Under the pieces are notes generated by a model. The model was not told where the DNA came from and did not search any database. It saw only the letters and a program-made list of their open reading frames with translations. Source: a virus. Taken from it: a DNA stretch of 64,000 nucleotides. Positions within the stretch are counted from its first letter, which is position 1. Every line of letters begins with the position of its first letter. The stretch lies in IMG/VR virus record IMGVR_UViG_3300029121_000001; one strand, given 5' to 3'. The translations under genes were made by a program, and so were the position numbers. Positions 37,836 through 47,104 of the stretch are shown here, piece after piece.

Positions 37836-39194
37836 ATGGCTGATATTAAACAGATTAAAGTTGAAGGCGTATCTTATGATATCAACTCTAAGTATATCCA
37901 AGATGGTTCTGGAAATGGTAAAACTTGGTCTGATATTACTGCTCTGGTCAATGCTGGTGTTCAGCTGGTTACTGACGCTGCTCGTAAGGAAGCAGCTGCA
38001 GATGGTGGCGTTGGAACACCTGCTACTACAGCTGCTGCTGGTACCATGGGTAAGATCTACATGGTAGCTGGCGATGGTGCTATGTCTGGCTCTTATGTTG
38101 AGTTCATTACTGTTGATAAGGGCACTGGTAAAGATGTCACCACTCGTTTTGTCTGGGAAAAGATTGGTACTACTGAGACTGACCTGAGCGACTATGCTAA
38201 GAAGAAGAATATTACCCTGTCTGGTACTGCAGCTACTGCTGGTGCAACAGCTACTGGTTCTGCTGGTGCAGGTGATGCATCTAATACTGGTGATGCTGGT
38301 GCAATCACTGCCACCATTACTATTACAGATACTGCAGGTGCACCTTCTGCTACTGGTTCCGCAGGTGCTGGCGTTGCAGCTAATACTGGTGCTGCAGGAG
38401 CTGCTACCATTACTTCTACTTCTGCAGGTGCACATACTCATAGTGTCACTATCGCTGCTCATAGTCATACTGTAAATGTAGCTACTGCTACTATTACACC
38501 GATTACTAGCGTTGACGATACTACAGGTTCTGCTGGTGCACATACTCATAGTGTCACTATCGCTGCCCATAGTCATACTGTAAATGTAGCTACTGGTTCT
38601 ACTTCTGTTGTTACTGGTGTCACCGCTACCGGTTCTGCTGGTGGTCATACTCATAGCATTACTCCGTCTACTGGTTCTGCAGCATCTCCTGCTAGTGTTA
38701 CGGATGGAGTTCTGACTCTTGGAACTATGACTGTTGTTACTGGTGTCACCGCTACCGGTTCTGCAGGTGCACATACTCATAGCATTACTCCGACAAAGGC
38801 AACTGTTACCTATGTTACTGGGGCTACTCTGTCCGCTGCTGGTGATGCTACTATCAATACTACTTCTGCAGGTGCACATACTCATAGTGTTACCTCTTCT
38901 GCACCTACTACTCCGATCACTTACGTCACTGGTGCTACTCTGTCCGCTGCTGGTGCTGCTACTATCAATACTACTTCTGCAGGTGGTCATAGCCATAGTG
39001 TTACTATTGCTGCTCATAGCCATAGCTATACTGCACCTCAGGCTCATACCCATACTATTACTCCGACCACTAACACCTTCACTTATGATCTGGCTGTTGC
39101 TGCTCACAACCATACCTATACCAAGCCGACTGCTCATACTCATACCATTGCACAGCATACTCATAGTGTTTCTGTCAAGGGTAATAACTATTGA
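37836..39194 (+). CDS. tail fibre with 13 His-x-His motifs
   Basis: AGGAGG 9 nt before ATG 37836. Contains AHTHS, AHSHT, GHTHS, GHSHS, AHNHT and QHTHS repeats in a T/A/G/S-rich context. Confidence 0.7.
   Translation: MADIKQIKVEGVSYDINSKYIQDGSGNGKTWSDITALVNAGVQLVTDAARKEAAADGGVGTPATTAAAGTMGKIYMVAGDGAMSGSYVEFITVDKGTGKDVTTRFVWEKIGTTETDLSDYAKKKNITLSGTAATAGATATGSAGAGDASNTGDAGAITATITITDTAGAPSATGSAGAGVAANTGAAGAATITSTSAGAHTHSVTIAAHSHTVNVATATITPITSVDDTTGSAGAHTHSVTIAAHSHTVNVATGSTSVVTGVTATGSAGGHTHSITPSTGSAASPASVTDGVLTLGTMTVVTGVTATGSAGAHTHSITPTKATVTYVTGATLSAAGDATINTTSAGAHTHSVTSSAPTTPITYVTGATLSAAGAATINTTSAGGHSHSVTIAAHSHSYTAPQAHTHTITPTTNTFTYDLAVAAHNHTYTKPTAHTHTIAQHTHSVSVKGNNY
38411..39010 (+). repeat. internal near-identical direct repeats within the His-x-His fibre gene
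   Basis: Repeated pairs of ~70-80 nt each: about 38417-38490 / 38525-38598, about 38605-38670 / 38735-38800, and about 38815-38895 / 38925-39005. Confidence 0.8.
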
Positions 39195-39231
39195 TAATCA
39201 ATTATCAATATCAAGACTTCTAAATAAAAGT

Positions 39232-39258
39232 GGGGAAGGAGCTCTCTGCTCCTTCCCC
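39232..39258 (+). terminator. intrinsic terminator
   Basis: GGGGAAGGAGC-TCTCT-GCTCCTTCCCC, then TTTGTTTT. Confidence 0.75.
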
Positions 39259-39286
39259 TTTGTTTTAATTAGGAGGATTAAATATT

Positions 39287-39460
39287 ATGCGAAATGTAGT
39301 ATCTTTTTACTGCCCTGATTGCAATGAAAACTTTGAAGTTCCTGTAACTCAATTTGGAGAAGACTATATTAAGACTTTTGGAAAATGCAGATGCGTTTGC
39401 CCACATTGTGGAAATAATGTAGAAAGTGATAGAATCATTGAAGTATCTAGTAAGGAGTAA
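39287..39460 (+). CDS. small zinc-ribbon protein (paralog 1)
   Basis: 57 codons, below the track cutoff. AGGAGG 10 nt upstream. CPDC..x31..CPHC. Confidence 0.6.
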   Translation: MRNVVSFYCPDCNENFEVPVTQFGEDYIKTFGKCRCVCPHCGNNVESDRIIEVSSKE

Positions 39461-39465
39461 TCTTC

Positions 39466-39645
39466 ATGAATGTAGTAGCTTTTAAATGTGATGATTGTGG
39501 TGTAGTCACAGAAATTCCTTTTAATAAAGCTATACAAGTAATATTGAATTCAAGAGGATATGTACAATGTTTATGCATCTGCTGTGGTAAAGAATTAACC
39601 AGTAATTTGATTGCAAAAGAGGGAGAAATTAAAGATGACAGATAA
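39466..39645 (+). CDS. small zinc-ribbon protein (paralog 2)
   Basis: 59 codons with SD AAGGAG. MNVVAFKCDDCG..CICCG is similar to the preceding ORF. Confidence 0.6.
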   Translation: MNVVAFKCDDCGVVTEIPFNKAIQVILNSRGYVQCLCICCGKELTSNLIAKEGEIKDDR

Positions 39646-40765
39646 AAAGATTTGCGTATATGCTATTTGTAAGAATGAATCTAAATTTATTTCTCAGTGG
39701 CTAGACAATATGTCTGAAGCAGACTATATTGTTGTATTGGATACAGGTTCTACAGACGGTACATTTGAACTACTTAAAGAAGATCCTAGAGTAACTAGAG
39801 TAGAACAAAAAATAATTAATCCTTGGAGATTTGATGTTGCTCGCAATGAATCTATGAAATTGATTCCTAAAGATGCAGAAATCTTTGTATGCACAGATTT
39901 TGATGAATTATTTGAAAATGGATGGTGTCAAGTTCTTAGAGATAATTGGGAAGATGCAGATACAAGATGTCATTATACATATGCATGGTCTCATAACATA
40001 GATGGTGAACCTACAGATGTATTTATGTATGATAAAATTCATACAAAAGGATATCATTGGAAATTTCCTGTGCATGAAGTTCTTGTAAAAGATGATCCTG
40101 ATTCAGAAGAATTTGTTTTAGATGCTGGAGAAAATATTTATCTTCATCATTTTCCTGATACAAGTAAACCTAGAAGCTCTTATCTTAATCTATTGAAACT
40201 AGCAGTTAAAGAAAATCCTACAGAATCTCATGTAAGTTCTCTTCTTGCTAGAGAATACATTCTAAGAGATGATATCAAAAATGCTATTAAACAATATCTT
40301 GCTACTCTTAAATATGAAGATATTAATACTCCTGAAAAGAATGGTATTAAACTTGATTGCTTTGGACATCTTGGAGATTGCTATTTTATGCAAGCAGAAT
40401 ATGATGAAGCAATTAAATGGTATAATGAATGGATTGCTATAGATCCTACTTATAGAGAACCTTATTTTTGTATTGCTGATATTTATATAGCTAAGAAACT
40501 ATATTCAGTGGCTATTGGATATATAGATATGGGTATTAAATTTGGTGTACGTAAATTTGATTGGCTTGAAAGATTCGACAATTGGATTACTAAAGCTGAA
40601 GATATGCTTGCTATTTGCTATTATTATATGCAGAATATTGATCTTGCTTATGATAATATCGTAAAAGCATATGATCATAACAAATCTGATAGCAGAATTA
40701 TTGAAAATTATAAAACAATTCTATTTGCTAGAGAAACAGGCATTTATTATCCTACAGTAATTTAA
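39635..40765 (+). CDS. GT-A fold (family 2-like) glycosyltransferase fused to TPR repeats
   Basis: VYAICKNE..IVVLDTGSTDGT..CTDFDE (DxD). C-terminal LGDCYFMQAEYDEAIKWYNEWIAIDPTY is TPR-like. ATG 39635 has GAGGGAG upstream. Confidence 0.7.
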   Translation: MTDKKICVYAICKNESKFISQWLDNMSEADYIVVLDTGSTDGTFELLKEDPRVTRVEQKIINPWRFDVARNESMKLIPKDAEIFVCTDFDELFENGWCQVLRDNWEDADTRCHYTYAWSHNIDGEPTDVFMYDKIHTKGYHWKFPVHEVLVKDDPDSEEFVLDAGENIYLHHFPDTSKPRSSYLNLLKLAVKENPTESHVSSLLAREYILRDDIKNAIKQYLATLKYEDINTPEKNGIKLDCFGHLGDCYFMQAEYDEAIKWYNEWIAIDPTYREPYFCIADIYIAKKLYSVAIGYIDMGIKFGVRKFDWLERFDNWITKAEDMLAICYYYMQNIDLAYDNIVKAYDHNKSDSRIIENYKTILFARETGIYYPTVI

Positions 40766-40777
40766 TTTTAATAAAAT

Positions 40778-40805
40778 TCCAGAGATGAAGATACTCATCT
40801 CTGGA
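40778..40805 (+). terminator. intrinsic terminator
   Basis: TCCAGAGATGA-loop-TCATCTCTGGA. Confidence 0.6.
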
Positions 40806-40846
40806 TTTAACTTGTTTATAAATACCTTTTAGGAGGAGAAATAACG

Positions 40847-41629
40847 ATGGCATTAACTTTTAAACATACTGAAATTCCTCCTTTCGCCAGAAGGGAAGAA
40901 GATGCTTTATTGTTTAATCAAGATGGGTCTTTGGAATACTATATTCCAGAAGATTATTTTGGTTCTGGTAAATCCACATCTGCTACAGTTGAAGGTGCTT
41001 ATGTCAAGCTAATGGGCTCTTTTAACTACAGAGTAATCGCTGCAAATGGATCTCCTGGAAATCTAAAAGCATTTAATTTTCCTACAATGTTTCTTTGCAG
41101 ACCTGGAAAAATTGAAAAGAGAAAAGATATTCAACTCGATAATGATCTAGATCCTGGTGATTATAGAGTACTTATTTTCTATAAGGATGATCAACTTATT
41201 ACAAGATGTCATGTTGAACAGGATATTGATAATCTAGCAGAATTGTTTAGACTTCATATTCAAACAGGAAGAATTCCAAATAGTATTCCTTATGATGAAT
41301 TATATCTATATCCTTTTGAATGTATGGCATTGAATTCTGGTACATATAAGATCCATGCTCAAGCAATGGGTCTTCTATATTCTAAAATTTGCAGAGATCC
41401 TAAAGATATTTCTACTCCTTTTAGGCTATCTAAAACTGCAAATGAAAAGATGACAGGCTATACTTCTATTTCTATTAAGGAAGCTTCTAAATATGTTTCT
41501 CCGTTTGTCTCTTTGACATCTGAGAATTTGGATGAAGCTATTATGAGTGCTGTTTTGTTGTCTGATGAGGAAAAAGCTGGTAAACGTACTCATAAAGAGA
41601 GTCCTCTTGAAAGAGTTATTACTATGTAA
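40847..41629 (+). CDS. hypothetical virion-module protein
   Basis: SD AGGAGGAG; immediately precedes the sheath gene. Confidence 0.65.
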   Translation: MALTFKHTEIPPFARREEDALLFNQDGSLEYYIPEDYFGSGKSTSATVEGAYVKLMGSFNYRVIAANGSPGNLKAFNFPTMFLCRPGKIEKRKDIQLDNDLDPGDYRVLIFYKDDQLITRCHVEQDIDNLAELFRLHIQTGRIPNSIPYDELYLYPFECMALNSGTYKIHAQAMGLLYSKICRDPKDISTPFRLSKTANEKMTGYTSISIKEASKYVSPFVSLTSENLDEAIMSAVLLSDEEKAGKRTHKESPLERVITM

Positions 41630-41687
41630 GATGCCACATTATATAGGCCAGAATGAGTACTTAAAGCAACATTACAATAATTATATA

Positions 41688-41705
41688 TTTGATTACATAA
41701 TCAAA
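41688..41705. promoter_or_regulatory. palindrome TTTGATTA-CA-TAATCAAA upstream of the sheath gene
   Basis: Perfect 8-bp arms, 48 nt before ATG 41753. Confidence 0.3.
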
Positions 41706-41752
41706 ATTATAATCCAATTTTAATTTTACTCAACAAGGAGGAAACAGCTATT

Positions 41753-43651
41753 ATGTATGCTGGAATGAAAGTTAACTGGCATGAAGTGCTGATGCCTAAG
41801 ACATCAGCTGCTTCTAGCGATGATTCGCTGCCGTTGTTTCTATGTGTCTTTTCCTCCGATAAAGGCACAGAGAAAATTACAGAATACACCCAGGAAGACT
41901 GGGAAGCAATGTACGGAAGCGATGCAGACTTCTTCAGATATGGTCAGCCTCTGATCCAGGTTCATCGTATCCTGGAAGCTGGCGGTCGTGTCATGGGCAA
42001 GCGTATTGTTGCTCCTGACGCTACTATGGCAAACCTGATTATCACTGCTGAGATTACTTCTGCTCAGGAGAATAAGACTGATGCTGCAGGTAATCCTCTG
42101 TACATTGATAGTACTGGTAAGGAAACTACTACTGTTACTGATACTCCTGCAACTACTACATTTGCTAAGATTAAGTATGCTACTTCTACAGTCGAGAATG
42201 TCAAGACTTATGATGAAGTAGTTGAGAAGGCAAAGGCTATGAAGACAGATTCTGTCTTCCCGCTATTTGTTATCTGTGATAACGGTCGTGGCAAGTCTAT
42301 TAAGAAGGTTCGTATTGAGCCTGATTATGCAACTTCTCGTCGTATGACTTACATGATGTATAAGATTGATAGCATTGAAGATACAACTAAGGTTGAATCT
42401 CAACGTTTTTCTATCTATCCTAATGCGGTTGCTACTATAAATGGTCAGAAACGTAATATGCTGCTGACGACTCGTACGATGAATCAGCTGATTGTTAGCG
42501 CTACTGATTTTACTGATGCATTTATTGCAAAGCTTGCAGAAGTTACTGGCTATACCGCTGATGAGCTGTATGGCTTCGATCCTCTGTTTGGCTGCACTCT
42601 GAAGGGTAAGCAGATGGATACCATTCGTCTGGATGATACAGGTATTGATATCAACAATGAGTATGGTATGAGTCTGATGTCTGGTTCCAATGGCAAGTTT
42701 GGCGATGCTCCGTTTGCTGGAGAGACTTGCTCTGATGATTGGGCTGATGAGGCTGTTAAGTTCTTCAGTGGTGAATTTAGTAATGAGATCTTTGATCTTG
42801 ACCAGTATAAGATTGATTTCTGCTTCGATGCAAACTATCCTACCAAGGTTAAGAATGCAATTGTTTCTCTTGCTAACTTCCGTGAGGACTTCTTCTATTT
42901 CCGTGATCTAGGTCTGGATATCAATACTCTAGAAGATATTGAGCCTCTGTTTGACATGGGTAGTGGCTGGAATCTAAGCTGCTTTGTTGCAGACTATATG
43001 TCTGTGTATGATGTCATCGATAGTTTCTCTCATAAGGAAATTCGTGTAACAATGATGTACGATCTGGCTCCGCTGATTGTTAATCATTATAACACTAATA
43101 TTGCTGCACCTGTTGCTGGTGAATTTAATAACTTCATTATCACCGATGCTGTTGAGGGAACTCTGAACATCATTCCTCGTGTTACTCCTGACGTTGATCA
43201 AAAGCAGATTCTGGATGATCTACATGTGAACTTTGTCAATCTGACTTCTGATCGTATGCTTGCTGTCCAGTCTACTTATACTTCTCAGGATCATATGGGT
43301 CCCCTGTCCTTTATCAACAACGTTCTGGTTACCCAGCGTGTTATTAAGGCTATTCGCCGCTATGTTCCTACCATTCGCTTTATGCTGATGGAGCCTGATG
43401 CTACTGATTTTAGTAAGTATAAGGATCTGATTCAGGATAACGTCATTTCCCGTTATGATCAGTTCTTTAAGTCTATCACTCTAGTTTACACTAAGGATGA
43501 TGTGCAGACTGCTAATAAGATCTTTAATGCATCTCTATATTGCTATTATAGAGACTTCCCGCAGGCTGAGATCTTTGATGTGTTTGCTGTTGAAGGTTCT
43601 CCTTCTACTAATCCTATTCCTGGTGTTACTACCGAATCTTCTAATTCTTAA
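41753..43651 (+). CDS. tail sheath protein
   Basis: 632 aa with high-expression codon style. The N-terminal pattern ..AMYGSD..FFRYGQPLIQVHRILEAGGRVMGKRIV parallels T4 gp18 (..NTFGQP..FLQYGNDLRVVRAV). Confidence 0.6.
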   Translation: MYAGMKVNWHEVLMPKTSAASSDDSLPLFLCVFSSDKGTEKITEYTQEDWEAMYGSDADFFRYGQPLIQVHRILEAGGRVMGKRIVAPDATMANLIITAEITSAQENKTDAAGNPLYIDSTGKETTTVTDTPATTTFAKIKYATSTVENVKTYDEVVEKAKAMKTDSVFPLFVICDNGRGKSIKKVRIEPDYATSRRMTYMMYKIDSIEDTTKVESQRFSIYPNAVATINGQKRNMLLTTRTMNQLIVSATDFTDAFIAKLAEVTGYTADELYGFDPLFGCTLKGKQMDTIRLDDTGIDINNEYGMSLMSGSNGKFGDAPFAGETCSDDWADEAVKFFSGEFSNEIFDLDQYKIDFCFDANYPTKVKNAIVSLANFREDFFYFRDLGLDINTLEDIEPLFDMGSGWNLSCFVADYMSVYDVIDSFSHKEIRVTMMYDLAPLIVNHYNTNIAAPVAGEFNNFIITDAVEGTLNIIPRVTPDVDQKQILDDLHVNFVNLTSDRMLAVQSTYTSQDHMGPLSFINNVLVTQRVIKAIRRYVPTIRFMLMEPDATDFSKYKDLIQDNVISRYDQFFKSITLVYTKDDVQTANKIFNASLYCYYRDFPQAEIFDVFAVEGSPSTNPIPGVTTESSNS

Positions 43652-43670
43652 GAAAGGAGCATCTTAAATT

Positions 43671-44579
43671 ATGGCTAATAAGACTACTGCAGGCAATGGC
43701 CTGAATTATATTAAGATGCCTCGTAGTGTCACAGAGTATACTCTGATGAAGGGTGTCACTGACTTCTCTAACCTGAAGCAGTTTGACCTCTATGAGACTG
43801 GTTATTCTTTTCTGACTGTTGTTTCTGTTCCTAAGTTCATGACTCTTCTTGCTGCTCAGGATTCTCGTATTAAGAATCTGCAAGAAGGTTTTGTTCATAT
43901 TCTGGAAGGCGAATTCCGTGGCCTAGATGGTATTCCTGATATCACTGCTGATGCTGGTTCTATTAGTAACGGTGTCAATGAGATGCAGGTTATCAATAAT
44001 GTCAATATGGATACTTCTATTCAGGTTAGTATGTCCTTCTTTGAGCGTTCTGGTGGTCTACTGACTAACTACCTGAATTATTATCTGACCGGTATTAAGG
44101 ATCCTTATTCTAAGGCTAAGACTTATCATGGTCTGATTGGTAGTTCTGTTACTGATCCTGGTCCTGATTATGAGGTCTTCACTTTCCTGTATTATGTAAC
44201 TGATAATACTATGCGTTCTATTGAGAAGGCATATCTGCTGTGCAATGCTCAGCCGACTGCTGCTCCGATGAGCCAGATGTATAACTCTACTCATGGCGAT
44301 ATTCAGTTCCAGGAAATTAGCATGACGTTTAACTGCTATCCTATCATGGGTGATACAATTAACCTATATGCTAACATGATGCTGCAGAATGACCTGACTA
44401 CCGATAAGAAGGATCGTATGCTGATTCTTGATTCTAACAACTATAAGTATGATGTTTATAGTTCTAAGGTTGAGAATACTGGCTTTGGCCTGGTTGGTGA
44501 TATTCTGTCTAATAATGGTATCGCTGCTGCTGTTAAGTCTAAGACATCTGCTGGTGTTCAGCTGGGTCAGTCTCGCTAA
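43671..44579 (+). CDS. putative tail tube protein
   Basis: Directly follows the sheath gene with the same codon style. FDLYETGYSFLTVVSVPKF resembles tube-family N-termini. Confidence 0.45.
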   Translation: MANKTTAGNGLNYIKMPRSVTEYTLMKGVTDFSNLKQFDLYETGYSFLTVVSVPKFMTLLAAQDSRIKNLQEGFVHILEGEFRGLDGIPDITADAGSISNGVNEMQVINNVNMDTSIQVSMSFFERSGGLLTNYLNYYLTGIKDPYSKAKTYHGLIGSSVTDPGPDYEVFTFLYYVTDNTMRSIEKAYLLCNAQPTAAPMSQMYNSTHGDIQFQEISMTFNCYPIMGDTINLYANMMLQNDLTTDKKDRMLILDSNNYKYDVYSSKVENTGFGLVGDILSNNGIAAAVKSKTSAGVQLGQSR

Positions 44580-44614
44580 GTTAATTCTTGAATCCTCCTT
44601 GAATTAATATAAAA

Positions 44615-44640
44615 TCCCGATAGGATTGCTCCTATCGGGA
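44615..44640. terminator. bidirectional terminator between the tube and portal-like genes
   Basis: TCCCGATAGGA-TTGC-TCCTATCGGGA, with a T-run downstream and A's upstream. Confidence 0.75.
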
Positions 44641-44647
44641 TTATTTT

Positions 44648-46996
44648 TTAATCAGCTAGATCTCCAGGGTTAAGTCCATCCATAGAATGATCGATATTAT
44701 TATTCATCTTAATAGTATTTCTAATTTCTTCTATATCGCTATCGGATAGATAAGAAGGAATAAGTCTACGAATAACCTGTTTCTTAAATTCTTGTTTAGC
44801 TCCATCTTCTTCACTAGCCATTTCAATTTCTGTAATAGAATCTGCATATTGCATAGCAGTCTGAAGAAGTTGAGAACCCTGAGTCATACTTAAGAATGCA
44901 GGGATAGGTAGACTTACATTAAGATCTACATCTTCATTATATTCGAACTTATAAATCTTAGTAAAGATAGTAGATAGGAATTCTTCCATCTTTGCTTGTC
45001 TCTTAAGAACATTACGCAGGAGCTTTGCATTAGTCATTGTATATCTAACAGCGAAGTCCATGCTAGTAGAGCTATTAACAATTTCTAGAGGAACATCTGT
45101 TGCATTAACAGCAGATTCTTCTAGATTTCCCATTAAATCTTGAGGGAAATCAAATTGCTGACCAGCTTGTGTATCAAATGTAATTGGAGCTTCACCATTA
45201 GGACCAACAGGAATAACAAAGTCATTAAATCTACCAACAATATTAAGAATATTATTGACAGATTCCATCTGACGAATACCGAAGTTACCTTTCTTAATAG
45301 TAGCAACAACATTTAGAAGAGATTGTGCTGTATTAGTATCAAGAGATTGCTTCACATAATATACTCGACGATCGAATCCTCTGGTAGTCCAACCAAGAAC
45401 AGAAGTTGTATTAAGCATAATCCATTGTTTAGCCGATACAAGAGAATTCCATAGATCACTGATACCTCTATGAGTAATAGGATCATCATTGAATTTCAAA
45501 TGATGAATATCGTCAGAAGGAATGAAAACAATATCAAGATCTGGAGTATGAGCAAGCTGATTATATTTATCATTAAACTTCAGAAGTAGATATAGTTCTC
45601 TCTTAAGATCAACATTGGAATTGATAAATGCTGCATCAATATTCTTAGAAACATTAGCAGCTAAAGTTCTCAGAAGCATATCCTTCTGATTAATTTCATC
45701 TTCATCATATGTAGCGGATCCACCGATAGGACCATCGCTAAACATACCAGTGACAGAATTATAGCCAGTAATATTTCCAGTAGAATTGATATCAATATCT
45801 TGCTCAGCATTATATCTGATATAATAGCAACCAAATAGAATATCCTCGATGTAGATAGGAATAATTCTATCATGCTTAATATCAGTAAGAACAGCACCAT
45901 TTAGATTAATTTTATAATCCTTATCTTCATTAGGATCGATCAATCCATCAGATGCTGCTTTATCATCTTCCCATTCAATACTATCACCAATAGTATTATC
46001 AAATTTAACTTCAGTAGAATTCTTTCCATTCTTTTTCAGATGATCGTTAAAAGATTCACCTGTTTCATTAATAATAGAATAAGATTCAGAGAGACCTCTA
46101 AACTTTTTATTTACTTTAGCCTTATGAGTTCTAAGATAATACTCATTAGCAACAGCACTTTCAATCAGCATTGATGTATCAAGATTGACTTTAATACAGA
46201 TATCTCCATTTTCTGTTGTAGCTGCAACAGCGCTTGCTTTGGGTTTCTTAGTATTTTTCTCATTTGAATAAATTGTAGATTCATGATTAAAAGTATTTGC
46301 ATATCCTGTATTCTTTCTTCGCTTCATAAGCTCAGCAAATGCAGAAGAATAAGGAACACAATAAACAAATTGTTCTCCATACTTAGAAGTATTTTCATAC
46401 CATTTTTCTGCTCTATTAGAAAGATCGTATTTCTTAATCATTTCATCAATATTAGCAGTGATAGCAGCATTCTTAGAAGATGTAGGATTCTCATACTTAG
46501 GTCTAACGTTAAGAAATTCTTTAGTATAAGAATCAGAGCAAAGAACTGCATCCCTTTTAATATCTAGAGCAACCTGCAACTTAGGCATATACTTACAGAT
46601 TAGATCAAATTCATTATCAAGTTCAGTGATCCACTTAGTCTTTGCATAAGTGTCCATTAGTGAAGCTTGAATACTAGAATCTTGGAATAATGCAGAGATA
46701 TCATCTCCCGTTCCTTTACCAAAAGATTTATTAAGCTTAGCAGAAGCCGTATTTGTTTCAGGCTTCATAAGCTTCATAATAATCTTAGAGGTATTAGATA
46801 GATTCTGAATATCACTATCTTCCTCAGTAGACTTCTTAATAGCATCATCAAGCTTATCAGAAAGCTGAGATCTAAGATCATCAGAAGTAGTAGTGGTAGA
46901 ATATGTAGTTGTATATAGATCACTAACCTGTCGATTTAAAAGATCTAGCGAATCATTAATTTTCTTTTGATTAGCTGTCTTTTTCTCATTAGCCAT
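44648..46996 (-). CDS. large virion-associated protein, possibly portal
   Basis: 782 aa with SD AAGGAGG. The assignment rests only on size and position. Confidence 0.35.
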   Translation of the reverse strand: MANEKKTANQKKINDSLDLLNRQVSDLYTTTYSTTTTSDDLRSQLSDKLDDAIKKSTEEDSDIQNLSNTSKIIMKLMKPETNTASAKLNKSFGKGTGDDISALFQDSSIQASLMDTYAKTKWITELDNEFDLICKYMPKLQVALDIKRDAVLCSDSYTKEFLNVRPKYENPTSSKNAAITANIDEMIKKYDLSNRAEKWYENTSKYGEQFVYCVPYSSAFAELMKRRKNTGYANTFNHESTIYSNEKNTKKPKASAVAATTENGDICIKVNLDTSMLIESAVANEYYLRTHKAKVNKKFRGLSESYSIINETGESFNDHLKKNGKNSTEVKFDNTIGDSIEWEDDKAASDGLIDPNEDKDYKINLNGAVLTDIKHDRIIPIYIEDILFGCYYIRYNAEQDIDINSTGNITGYNSVTGMFSDGPIGGSATYDEDEINQKDMLLRTLAANVSKNIDAAFINSNVDLKRELYLLLKFNDKYNQLAHTPDLDIVFIPSDDIHHLKFNDDPITHRGISDLWNSLVSAKQWIMLNTTSVLGWTTRGFDRRVYYVKQSLDTNTAQSLLNVVATIKKGNFGIRQMESVNNILNIVGRFNDFVIPVGPNGEAPITFDTQAGQQFDFPQDLMGNLEESAVNATDVPLEIVNSSTSMDFAVRYTMTNAKLLRNVLKRQAKMEEFLSTIFTKIYKFEYNEDVDLNVSLPIPAFLSMTQGSQLLQTAMQYADSITEIEMASEEDGAKQEFKKQVIRRLIPSYLSDSDIEEIRNTIKMNNNIDHSMDGLNPGDLAD

Positions 46997-47066
46997 TTAA
47001 TATAACCTCCTTACACTGATTGAATTATATGGATGTTTTGGAAGTAGAAATATTCAAAAAAAAAAT

Positions 47067-47099
47067 AAAAGGAGTTGGCGAATGAAACCCACTCCTTTT
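47067..47099 (-). terminator. intrinsic terminator
   Basis: AAAAGGAGT..ACTCCTTTT stem with a long T-run on the minus strand. Confidence 0.65.
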
Positions 47100-47104
47100 A
47101 TTTC

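Noticed and set aside
38411-39010. The near-identical repeats in the fibre gene as template/variable repeats of a diversity-generating retroelement.
   Set aside because: Differences between copies are not adenine-specific, both copies are in frame in the same gene, and the window contains no reverse transcriptase.
37806-39164. 452-aa antisense ORF spanning the whole His-x-His fibre gene, plus other long overlapping ORFs at 36191-37652 and 38192-39318.
   Set aside because: The sense genes consist almost entirely of GCT/ACT/GGT/CAT codons, so the other frames and the antisense strand cannot contain stops. The resulting proteins are low-complexity S/R/C or L-rich and lack SD sequences.
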